DNA of 31,285 bases from a bacterium (GTDB lineage: Bacteria > Zhuqueibacterota > Zhuqueibacteria > Zhuqueibacterales > Zhuqueibacteraceae). Below the pieces are notes generated by a model, which saw only the letters and a program-made list of their open reading frames with translations, made no database searches and was not told the origin of the DNA. The stretch lies in the NCBI GenBank assembly GCA_044869275.1, contig JBIOXB010000059.1:1-31285 (forward strand), read 5' to 3'. Shown here piece after piece: positions 17,509 to 25,578 of the stretch. Every line of letters begins with the position of its first letter. The stretch's first letter is position 1. A program made the translations under genes and the position numbers.

Positions 17509-18771
17509 ATGAGAAAACTCTTTCTGACAGTTGTGCTGCACTGCTTCTGGTCCATGAGCGCATTCGCGCATCAACCCTTTTCTCTCGATGGGTATTACAA
17601 GAGTTTTTTCGCCGTTTTTCGCCTACCCGATTATATCAAGCCGGCGCTCATTCCCGACCAGCCGGAGCTGGGAGCAGTAAATAACCGGCTGCGGCTCAAG
17701 CTTTTTTGTCGCAACCAGGATTGGCTTACCGGCCAGCTCGCTTACGATTTCGCTCCCCGTGTGCAAGATCCCTTGTTGTTCAACCTTCAGCCGCTGCCCG
17801 CCAGTATAGATGCTTCGGGCTATCGCGCCTTCGATTTTGAGCCGCGTCTCTATCCGGCTAACCAGGCAAGCGTCGGCAGCTTCGCGATCTTTCACAATTT
17901 GGATCGCGCGGTGCTCGAGGTTAAGACAACTCCCGCCGACCTTGCTCTAGGCCGGCAGGCGATTGCCTGGGGCAGCGCGCGGGTGGTCAATCCCACCGAC
18001 GTGATTGCACCCTATGCTTTCCAAGAATTGGATCGAGAGGAACGCCTCGGCGTCGATGCCGTGCGTGTGCGAGTGCCATTGAACGTGTTGTCAGAGCTGG
18101 ACGCCGGCTATATCTTTGGCAGGGATTTCAAGTTTGACCAAAGCGCGTTTTTTGCGCGCAGCAAGTTGTATGTCGCCAGAACCGACGTATCCGTGTTATT
18201 GCTCGGATTTCGCGAAAATCTTTTGGCGGGATTCGACTTGGCGCGCAGCCTGGGCGGCGCTGGTCTCTGGCTCGAAGGCGCTTATGTCTTCGCCGATTTC
18301 TTCAATGACTATGCCAGTAGCAATGCAAACGACTACCTGCGCACCTCTCTCGGTCTAGATTACAGTTTCAACAGCAAAACCTATGGCTTCATCGAATATC
18401 ATTTCAGTGGCGCCGGAACCGGCCGGGCGGAGGATTATCTGAATCGGCTCGCCACCACAGCTTTCACTGAGGGCGCGGTATATCTCCTAGGGCGGCATTA
18501 CCTTGCGCCCGGGCTGATGTATCAGTTCACGCCTTTGCTCATCTCGAATACCCAAGCACTGTTCAACATGGGCGATCGTTCCGCGTTTCTATCGACCCAA
18601 GTGGAATACAACCTGGCGCAAAACATTTATCTCGCGGTCGGCGTGTTCCTCGGATTCGGTGAGCGCCCCGAGATCACCGTGGCCGGCGCGGCTGCTGCAG
18701 AGATGCGCTGGCATTCCGAATTTGGCAGTTATCCGGACTTTTTCTTTTCGTCGTTTCGCGTGTATTTCTGA
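17509..18771 (+). CDS. Putative outer-membrane beta-barrel protein
   Basis: Signal peptide (SAFA); LGRQAIAWG..NPTD, GVDAVR; alternating aromatic strands; C-terminal FRVYF beta-signal. Confidence 0.75.
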   Translation: MRKLFLTVVLHCFWSMSAFAHQPFSLDGYYKSFFAVFRLPDYIKPALIPDQPELGAVNNRLRLKLFCRNQDWLTGQLAYDFAPRVQDPLLFNLQPLPASIDASGYRAFDFEPRLYPANQASVGSFAIFHNLDRAVLEVKTTPADLALGRQAIAWGSARVVNPTDVIAPYAFQELDREERLGVDAVRVRVPLNVLSELDAGYIFGRDFKFDQSAFFARSKLYVARTDVSVLLLGFRENLLAGFDLARSLGGAGLWLEGAYVFADFFNDYASSNANDYLRTSLGLDYSFNSKTYGFIEYHFSGAGTGRAEDYLNRLATTAFTEGAVYLLGRHYLAPGLMYQFTPLLISNTQALFNMGDRSAFLSTQVEYNLAQNIYLAVGVFLGFGERPEITVAGAAAAEMRWHSEFGSYPDFFFSSFRVYF

Positions 18772-18811
18772 GAAGGGAAGAGCTTTCGCTTAGGGCATTA
18801 ACGCTGTAGTC

Positions 18812-19249
18812 CTAAAGCATCCCGCGATATTTGGAACGTTTCATATCCTTCGCCATCTCCGCAATATTTCTGCTCTTCAGCATATCGTTAATTCCCTCGC
18901 GCAACTCCGACCATTTTTGATGAAGCGCGCACGCGTTTTTGTCCGAACATGACGGAAAACCCAGTACGCACGCCTGCACGAATTCGTTGCCGTCAATGGC
19001 TTCAACAATATGGAATAATGTAATCTCGCCTGCCGGCTTCGCCAGTTTAAAGCCCCCGGCCCTCCCCTTGGATGAAGCGAGCAGTTTTTGATGCGTGAGA
19101 TGCTGAAGGATTTTTGCCAAAAAAGGCGATGGCACCTCCACTTTACTGGCGAGCTCGGTAATCGAGGTCACGGCCTCGGCCGGTTTCGAAGCGAGATAGA
19201 GGACGGCCTGCAAAGCGTATTCACACTGCCGGCTGAAGATGATGCTCAT
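18812..19249 (-). CDS. Rrf2-family transcriptional regulator with three Fe-S-ligand-type cysteines
   Basis: CEYALQA, SPFLAKILQ, SKGRAGGFKLAKP, IVEAIDG, CVLGFPSCSDKNAC. Confidence 0.92.
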   Translation of the reverse strand: MSIIFSRQCEYALQAVLYLASKPAEAVTSITELASKVEVPSPFLAKILQHLTHQKLLASSKGRAGGFKLAKPAGEITLFHIVEAIDGNEFVQACVLGFPSCSDKNACALHQKWSELREGINDMLKSRNIAEMAKDMKRSKYRGML

Positions 19250-19439
19250 GTATTCTTGTCCCTGTGTGATTATGACGTACGAGCTTAACCTTCCGAGGCC
19301 CCAATGAAATTCCAAAGCACAAGGCTCAAATTATTCTCAAGGATGGAAATCCGTTCCCAAATCTGAGAAAGGCATCTCCCGATTCTTTGCAATCTTGAGA
19401 AACTGCGGTCGCTTAAAACAACGAATTTTTGGCTAAGTC

Positions 19440-19463
19440 AAATAAGATAAAAAAGTCCGATTT
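19440..19463. promoter_or_regulatory. Candidate Rrf2 operator (imperfect inverted repeat)
   Basis: AAATAAGAT-AAAAAA-GTCCGATTT (6/9 symmetric) in the AT-rich divergent intergenic region. Confidence 0.35.
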
Positions 19464-19518
19464 AGGCATGGTAATTGTATCTCCACAAATCGTACCAAAA
19501 CAGACAAATCGGAGTCTT

Positions 19519-21420
19519 ATGTCTGAAAAATATCATATCCAGATTCCTGATCTTGAGTTTTGGCAAAATCTCGTCCCCTGCCAAATGGGCTGCCCGATTC
19601 GCACGGATGCGGGCAGGTATGTGCAGCTCATCGCGGAAGGACGATATGAAGAAGCCTACCTGACGGCGCGGTCTCCCAATCCCTTTGCCAGCGTGTGCGG
19701 ACGCGTGTGTGCGGCGCCCTGTGAAGATCGCTGCCGCCGCGGCAAGATCGATGCGCCGGTGAGCATTCGTGCGCTCAAACGCTTCGTGACCGAAAAGTAC
19801 GGCGTGGAATCGCTCGCGCCGGACCAACAAGACGAATTGTTCGCCGGCAGAAATGAACCGGGGAATAAATGGCGCGGCCATCTGCCCGTGCAGATTCAGT
19901 CGCGCAAAAGTAGCGTCAAGAACAAAAAAGTCGCCGTCATCGGCTCGGGGCCAGCCGGACTTTCATGTGCGCACGATCTCGCCTTGATGGGTTATCAAGT
20001 GACAGTGTTCGAAGCGACGAATGTGGCGGGCGGCATGTTGCGCCATGGCATTCCGGAATATCGGCTTACGCGCAGTTTGATTGATAAAGAAATTGACAAA
20101 ATAAAGTCGCTCGGCGTCGAGGTGCACTACCTCACGCCGCTCGGTGAGAGTTTCGGCCTCGCCGAGCTGCGGCAGCAAGGCTTTGAGTCTATCTTCGTTT
20201 CCGTGGGAACCCAGAAAGGCCGCGATCTCAACCTCGAAGGTGTGCAGCTCGACGGCGTCATTAAAGCCATCGATTACTTGATCAACATCAACAACGGCTA
20301 CCGCGTCAATCTTGGCAAAAAAGTGCTGGTCATTGGCGGCGGCTTCGTCGCGTTTGATGCCGCGCGCATGGCGTTGCGCGGCGGGCCCGAGCCTGAAACG
20401 GCCTCGCTGCATGAAGCCGTCGATGCTGCGCGCGCCGCGGTGCGCGGTGGCGCCTCGGAAGTGCACATCGCCAGCCTGGAGTCGTTTGAAGAAATGCCGG
20501 TGTTGCGCAGCGCACAAGGGCATGAGGAGTTTGAGGAAGCGAGGCATGAAGGCATCGTCTTCCATCCGCAGCGCGGACCGAAGCGCTTCATTGGCGAAAA
20601 CGGCAAAGTCAAAGCGGTCGAGTTCCTCGGCGTCAAGCGCACCTATGATGAGAATGGCCGCTTCAATCCCGTTTACGACGCAAGCTATTCCGAGATTTTT
20701 GAAACCGATTCCGTCGTGCTCGCGATTGGCCAGCAAGCGGACTTATCCTTCATCAAACCCTCCGACGGTGTCGAGCTCACGCCGGGCAAGTTCATCAAAG
20801 TGGAGGCCGAAACGTTGGCGACCACCGCGCCGGGAATTTTTGCCGGCGGCGACGTTGCCTTCGGCCCGCGCAATATTATCGACGCCGTGGCCAACGGCAA
20901 GCGCGCGGCGCTATCGATGGATGAATATCTTCGGGGCGTGAAGTCTCGCACCTTTTTTGAGCTCGCCGTGGAGAAAATCCCCACGCGGCGTTTCACGCGA
21001 CCGGAGGATTTCGAGCAACACCAGCGCCAAGCACCGCCCACGATCGATCTGCAACGCCGCACCGGGATTTCAGAAGTCGAGCAAGGCTACAACGAGGAGC
21101 AGGCGCGGCGCCAGGCGGAGCGCTGCTTGTCGTGCCACATTCAAACCATCTACGACGCAGAAAAATGTGTGCTGTGTAACCGCTGCGTGGACATCTGTCC
21201 GGAGTATTGCTTGAAGCTCGTGCCCCTGGCGCATTTGGAGGTCGAAGAAGCAACCAAAAGCAAACTGCTGCAGCAATACCATCTCGACCCATTCCAGCCG
21301 GTCTCGGCGATGCTGAAGGATGACGACACCTGCATTCGCTGCGGCTTGTGCGCCATGCGCTGCCCGACGGACGCGATGACGATGGAGGTGTTTTATTATG
21401 AGCAGAAAGAAGTGGCCTAG
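19519..21420 (+). CDS. GltD/DsrL/NfnB-like FAD-dependent NAD(P)H oxidoreductase with C-terminal 2[4Fe-4S] ferredoxin domain
   Basis: GGAG RBS; PCQMGCP, CGRVCAAPCEDRC, IGSGPAG, GIPEYRL, IGGGFVAFD, FAGGD, RCLSC, CVLCNRCVDICP, CIRCGLCAMRCP. Confidence 0.9.
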   Translation: MSEKYHIQIPDLEFWQNLVPCQMGCPIRTDAGRYVQLIAEGRYEEAYLTARSPNPFASVCGRVCAAPCEDRCRRGKIDAPVSIRALKRFVTEKYGVESLAPDQQDELFAGRNEPGNKWRGHLPVQIQSRKSSVKNKKVAVIGSGPAGLSCAHDLALMGYQVTVFEATNVAGGMLRHGIPEYRLTRSLIDKEIDKIKSLGVEVHYLTPLGESFGLAELRQQGFESIFVSVGTQKGRDLNLEGVQLDGVIKAIDYLININNGYRVNLGKKVLVIGGGFVAFDAARMALRGGPEPETASLHEAVDAARAAVRGGASEVHIASLESFEEMPVLRSAQGHEEFEEARHEGIVFHPQRGPKRFIGENGKVKAVEFLGVKRTYDENGRFNPVYDASYSEIFETDSVVLAIGQQADLSFIKPSDGVELTPGKFIKVEAETLATTAPGIFAGGDVAFGPRNIIDAVANGKRAALSMDEYLRGVKSRTFFELAVEKIPTRRFTRPEDFEQHQRQAPPTIDLQRRTGISEVEQGYNEEQARRQAERCLSCHIQTIYDAEKCVLCNRCVDICPEYCLKLVPLAHLEVEEATKSKLLQQYHLDPFQPVSAMLKDDDTCIRCGLCAMRCPTDAMTMEVFYYEQKEVA

Positions 21421-21425
21421 GGGGA

Positions 21426-21501
21426 AAGGCATAGCGCATAGCGCATAGCGCTTAGCGCAGAGGGCGAGCGAAAGGGTGAAGGGCAAGGAGCGAAGGACGA
21501 A
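21426..21501. repeat. Heptamer array AGCGCAT, degenerating 3'
   Basis: aaggcat agcgcat agcgcat agcgctt agcgcag. Confidence 0.8.
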
Positions 21502-21511
21502 TTAACCAAGT

Positions 21512-22072
21512 ATGCGTGAAATGAAAATTTTCAAAAAGAGTGATTCGAAAATTCCGGCGAAATCGAATGGTGTACAATCGGAGACACGCCGTTCGTTTTT
21601 GCAGAATCTCGGGCTCGGCAGTATGCTGGCGGGACTGGCCGGCTTCGGCTTTCAGTCGTTGCGCGCGCTGATCCCGAATGTCCTGTATGAGCCCTCGCAG
21701 AGGTTCAAAGTCGGCTTGCCCTCCCAGGTTGCCGAAGGCATGACGTTTCTGGAAGACCAGCGCATTTATGTTTTTAAGGAAGGAAAGTCCTTTTATGCGA
21801 TCTCGGGGGCGTGCACGCATTTGGGTTGCACGGTGAAATACACCAAGCTCAATCAGCCCAAGCAAGTCGAAATTGGCGGCGAGAAAAAGAACATTCCGTT
21901 TGAATTTCATTGTCCGTGTCACGGCTCGAAATTCTATGCCGACGGCACGCATTACGCCGGCCCCGCTCCGCGTCCATTACACTGGTACAAACTGGAAGTC
22001 GCGCCGGATGACGGGCAGTTGATCGTGGACATGGACACCGAGGTCGAACAGAATTTTCGATTGACGGTGTAG
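21512..22072 (+). CDS. Rieske [2Fe-2S] subunit of a Rieske/cytochrome b complex
   Basis: Tat motif TRRSFL plus TM helix; CTHLGC, CPCHGSKF, GPAPRPL. Confidence 0.95.
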   Translation: MREMKIFKKSDSKIPAKSNGVQSETRRSFLQNLGLGSMLAGLAGFGFQSLRALIPNVLYEPSQRFKVGLPSQVAEGMTFLEDQRIYVFKEGKSFYAISGACTHLGCTVKYTKLNQPKQVEIGGEKKNIPFEFHCPCHGSKFYADGTHYAGPAPRPLHWYKLEVAPDDGQLIVDMDTEVEQNFRLTV

Positions 22073-22083
22073 AAGGGAAGGAC

Positions 22084-22210
22084 GGATGGATTGGTGGATT
22101 ATTGGATTATTGGAGTGGTGGAGTGATGCAGCCAAGCAACCCAACATTCCAGCGCCGCATCATTTCAACACTCCAATACTCCACCAATTCAGTAATCCAC
22201 CAATCCAATC
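22084..22210. repeat. Octamer array TGGA(G/T)TRN with inverted counterpart
   Basis: tggattgg tggattat tggattat tggagtgg tggagtga ... cactccaatactcca..taatccaccaatcca. Confidence 0.8.
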
Positions 22211-22216
22211 TTACGG

Positions 22217-23554
22217 ATGGAGCTGCGCATGCCTGTCATAGAATCATCAAAAAAGCTCTTCGATAAACTCACCTGGACGTGGAGGCCCGGCAGTGATAAA
22301 GAGGCCGGCGATGCCATCGTCAAAAACTTACTGCTGCACTGGTTTCCGAACAAGATCAGCAAGGCCAGTCTGTCGTGGAATTATTCGATGTGGCTCGGGA
22401 CAATCGCGTTTGTCCTGTTCATGATTCTTGTCTTCACCGGCGTGATCTTGATGTTTCTCTACGTACCCTCTGTGGAACGGGCCTATGCCTCGGTGAAGGA
22501 CATCGAGTTTGTGATCTCGTTCGGCTGGTTGATGCGCGCTGTGCACCGCATCGCCGCGCACCTGATGGTGGCGGTGGTGTTTCTGCACATGGTGCGTGTT
22601 TTTCTGACCGGCGCTTATAGAAACGGAAGCGCAGCCGGCGCCAATCGCCCGCTCAATTGGATTATAGGTCTCGTCCTACTGATCACGACGCTTTTGCTTT
22701 CTTTCACCGGTTACCTGTTGCCCTGGGATCAACTGGCTTACTGGGCCATCACCGTGGGCACGAACATTGCCAGCTCTGCGCCGCTCATAGGTGCAGCCAC
22801 GCGCTTTTTCTTGCTCGGGGGAAACACCATCGATCAGAACGCATTAATTCGGTTTTACGTGCTACACGTTTTCTTTCTGCCGATGATCGTGCTGTTCCTA
22901 TTTTCCTATCACCTGTGGCGTGTGCGCAAAGACGGCGGGCTCGCGGTGACGGATCGCGAAGCATTGGAACAAAAACCGGAACAGGTCGCACCGGTCAAAT
23001 CCAAGACTTATTCTTTGCTCGGCCTCACCAATGGCACGAGCGTGCACGTGCAGAACACGATGGTGGATGAAGAGAAAAACACAGTGCCTGCTTCGCCCCA
23101 CCTGTTGCGACGCATTTGGGTGGTGACATTGCTCACGTTTGTAGCAACGGTGGTGCTGTCGTTTGTCTTTCGCGCGCCATTGGAAGCGCCGGCCAATCCC
23201 GCGGTCACGCCCAACCCTGCAAAAGCGCCCTGGTATTTTCTGTGGCTGCAGGAAATTGTGACGATCTCGACGATCAAAATCGGCCCATTCACCATCAACG
23301 GCGCGCTGATCGGCGGGATTCTGTTGCCAGGCTTGCTGTTGGGATTAGCGGTGTGGTGGCCTTATCGCGACAAGTCGAGTCTCAAGGCAGTGGGTGTCTG
23401 GTTCGCTGCGGAGCGCAAGAAGCAAAACATGATTTTTATCGCCATCTGTCTATTGATTGTTCTGTTCACGGTGATCGGCACATTCCTGCGCGGGCCGTAC
23501 TGGAATCTCTACTGGCCCTGGGAAGCGTGGCCGGAGATGCCGGTGAAGTTCTAA
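22217..23554 (+). CDS. Cytochrome b (b6-like domain fused to subunit IV-like domain)
   Basis: TGVILMFLYVPS, HRIAAHLMVAVVFLH, FTGYLLPWDQLAYWA, RFYVLH...YH, NPAKAPWYF. Confidence 0.95.
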   Translation: MELRMPVIESSKKLFDKLTWTWRPGSDKEAGDAIVKNLLLHWFPNKISKASLSWNYSMWLGTIAFVLFMILVFTGVILMFLYVPSVERAYASVKDIEFVISFGWLMRAVHRIAAHLMVAVVFLHMVRVFLTGAYRNGSAAGANRPLNWIIGLVLLITTLLLSFTGYLLPWDQLAYWAITVGTNIASSAPLIGAATRFFLLGGNTIDQNALIRFYVLHVFFLPMIVLFLFSYHLWRVRKDGGLAVTDREALEQKPEQVAPVKSKTYSLLGLTNGTSVHVQNTMVDEEKNTVPASPHLLRRIWVVTLLTFVATVVLSFVFRAPLEAPANPAVTPNPAKAPWYFLWLQEIVTISTIKIGPFTINGALIGGILLPGLLLGLAVWWPYRDKSSLKAVGVWFAAERKKQNMIFIAICLLIVLFTVIGTFLRGPYWNLYWPWEAWPEMPVKF

Positions 23555-23562
23555 CAACGGAA

Positions 23563-23692
23563 GGTTGGCGGGTGGATTGACAAGGTATTCGATCGATGGA
23601 GTATTGGAGAATTGGAGTGATGGATTGATGGAAGGGTGGATTGTTGAAGAATTCAAGCATCGATAGTTCCAATAATCCACCACTCCAACATC
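23563..23692. repeat. Octamer array with inverted counterpart (same family as 22084-22210)
   Basis: tggagtat tggagaat tggagtga tggattga ... ccaataatccaccactccaa. Confidence 0.75.
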
Positions 23693-23707
23693 CCCGAGGG
23701 CAAATAC

Positions 23708-24922
23708 ATGGACCACAAAACCACAAAAGACAAGCTGACCTTCGTGAAAAAAGACCAAGTCCTCCTGAGCGTAATGGGAATCGGCCTGCTCCTGCTGAGC
23801 GGATTCATCTTCTATGCGTCCCTCACGCCGGAGTGGTCGGCGTATCAATCTGAGTTTCGCGACTTCGCCAAAGAAAAGTTCGGCCCGGAACGTGCGGCCG
23901 CGGTTCCGCAAGGCTTGCAGCAGGTTTTTGTCAAGGAATTGGACAAGACCGATCGCTGCGTGACCTGTCATCAAGGCGTTGAGTGGAAAGGCTTGGAGAG
24001 CGCTCCGCAGCCGTTCCGTACTCATCCTCAAGAGATTTTGCAAAAGCATCCCATTGCGAAATTCGGCTGCACCAGTTGCCACGCGGGACAAGGATATGCC
24101 ACGAATATCGAGCAGGCACACGGCCTGGTCGAACATTGGGAGGAGCCGCTGCTCGGTAAAGAGCTGGCCGACTTTTATGTGTTGAGCGACAAGAAGGCGC
24201 TGATGCAAATGAATTGCAATACGTGCCATCGTTACGACAAGGAGACCAAGGGAGCAGGCTACATCAATCGCGCCAAACAATTGGTGACCGAAAAGGGCTG
24301 TCGCGCGTGCCACGTGATCAACGCGCGCGGCGGCACCGTGGGGCCGGACCTGACCAAGGCGGGGGGCAAATCGCCGGAGCAATTCAATTACGAACGCATC
24401 AAAGGCTTTCATTCCGAATTCTCCTGGCAAGTGGCGCATCTGAAAAACCCCAAAGAGCTGGTGCCGGAAACCGTGATGCCGAATTTCAATTTCTCCAGCA
24501 TGGACGCGCAGGCGCTCGCGATGCTGGTGATGAGCTGGAAGAAGATCGACGTTCCCATCGCGTACATTCCCAATCATAACTTCCGCGATCTCCCGTCACC
24601 GGAAGAGATCCAGAAAGAGCAAAAGATGACGCAGGGCCCCGGCGCATTCTTCGTGAAAAAGAATTGTTTCGTCTGCCATTCGGTGTCCACACTCGGCATC
24701 GACGCCGCCGCGCAAATCGGCCCAGACCTGGCTTTGGCGGTGCAGGATGTGCAATCACGCTTCGGCAGAACACTGGATGATTTCCTTGCTCGCCCAACTG
24801 GTACGATGGAGGTGGTGCTATCCACCATGATTACATTGACCGAGGAAGAACGAAAAGAGGCGATTGCGAAATTACGCTATGCTTTTGAATTGAAGCAGCA
24901 GCAAGCTCAGGGTGAGAAGTGA
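23708..24922 (+). CDS. Membrane-anchored pentahaem cytochrome c
   Basis: N-terminal TM helix; five CxxCH motifs: CVTCH, CTSCH, CNTCH, CRACH, CFVCH; GPDL motifs and MPNF distal Met. Confidence 0.93.
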   Translation: MDHKTTKDKLTFVKKDQVLLSVMGIGLLLLSGFIFYASLTPEWSAYQSEFRDFAKEKFGPERAAAVPQGLQQVFVKELDKTDRCVTCHQGVEWKGLESAPQPFRTHPQEILQKHPIAKFGCTSCHAGQGYATNIEQAHGLVEHWEEPLLGKELADFYVLSDKKALMQMNCNTCHRYDKETKGAGYINRAKQLVTEKGCRACHVINARGGTVGPDLTKAGGKSPEQFNYERIKGFHSEFSWQVAHLKNPKELVPETVMPNFNFSSMDAQALAMLVMSWKKIDVPIAYIPNHNFRDLPSPEEIQKEQKMTQGPGAFFVKKNCFVCHSVSTLGIDAAAQIGPDLALAVQDVQSRFGRTLDDFLARPTGTMEVVLSTMITLTEEERKEAIAKLRYAFELKQQQAQGEK

Positions 24923-24960
24923 AACGTGAGACGTGGGATGTGAGACGTAAAGCGTAAGGT
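24912..24960. repeat. Heptamer array GTGAGAC (7 units) overlapping the cytochrome c stop codon
   Basis: gtgagaa gtgaaac gtgagac gtgggat gtgagac gtaaagc gtaaggt. Confidence 0.85.
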
Positions 24961-25005
24961 CCGAAGGTAGGGAAGGCGTCAAAGTTTGAGTCGAGGGCTT
25001 GAATA

Positions 25006-25467
25006 ATGAGACGTGATCGCCGATTCAACGATGCACGAGATCGAAGCGCCAGGAGGCAGGGAGTGGCATGGCTGGCGCTTTGCCTGGCTTTGGGTGTCCA
25101 CGTAGCCGATGAAGCGCTCACGGACTTTTTATCGGTTTATAATACTGCGGTGCAAGCCATACGAGCGAAGATCCCTTACTTGCCTTTGCCAAGCTTTACC
25201 CTTGACGTTTGGCTGGCCGGTTTGATTTTCGGGATCATGCTCTTGTTCTCACTCACTCCGTTTGTCTTCCGGGGATCGAGGTGGATGGCGCCCTTATCGT
25301 ATGTGTTTGGCGCCCTCATGCTAGGGAACGGCCTGCTACATATTGCTGGCTCTATCTACAGCGCACGGCTCATGCCGGGAGTCTATTCTGCACCGTTGTT
25401 AGTGGGATGTTCCGTCTCTCTTTTGGTATGTACCCGCAAACACAGGAAACCGGTTTTGGCAACTTGA
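25006..25467 (+). CDS. HXXEE-like four-TM membrane protein
   Basis: LGVHVADEA, GNGLLH, MPGVYSAPLL. Confidence 0.7.
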   Translation: MRRDRRFNDARDRSARRQGVAWLALCLALGVHVADEALTDFLSVYNTAVQAIRAKIPYLPLPSFTLDVWLAGLIFGIMLLFSLTPFVFRGSRWMAPLSYVFGALMLGNGLLHIAGSIYSARLMPGVYSAPLLVGCSVSLLVCTRKHRKPVLAT

Positions 25468-25578
25468 ACCAAATCAAAATCGATTAATTCGTTTAACACT
25501 TCCCGCGAGGCCCTGCTTGATTGAATGAGAGAAGCTAGGCGGCCGGGGAGCCATAACTCAAAAGAGGAGTGAAGCACC

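Noticed and set aside
19519..21420. Calling this gene gltD or dsrL
   Set aside because: No gltB or dsr genes nearby; the architecture is shared by several subfamilies and the context points to a Rieske/cytochrome b complex.
22084..22210. Repeat arrays as possible CRISPR
   Set aside because: Units are 7-10 bp, tandem, without unique spacers; no cas genes.
23450..24577. 375-aa minus-strand ORF
   Set aside because: Antisense shadow of the cytochrome c gene with no recognisable motifs; explained by codon bias.
25515..25535. FNR/DNR box upstream of nosZ
   Set aside because: Only a TTGAT half-site; the ATCAA half is missing.
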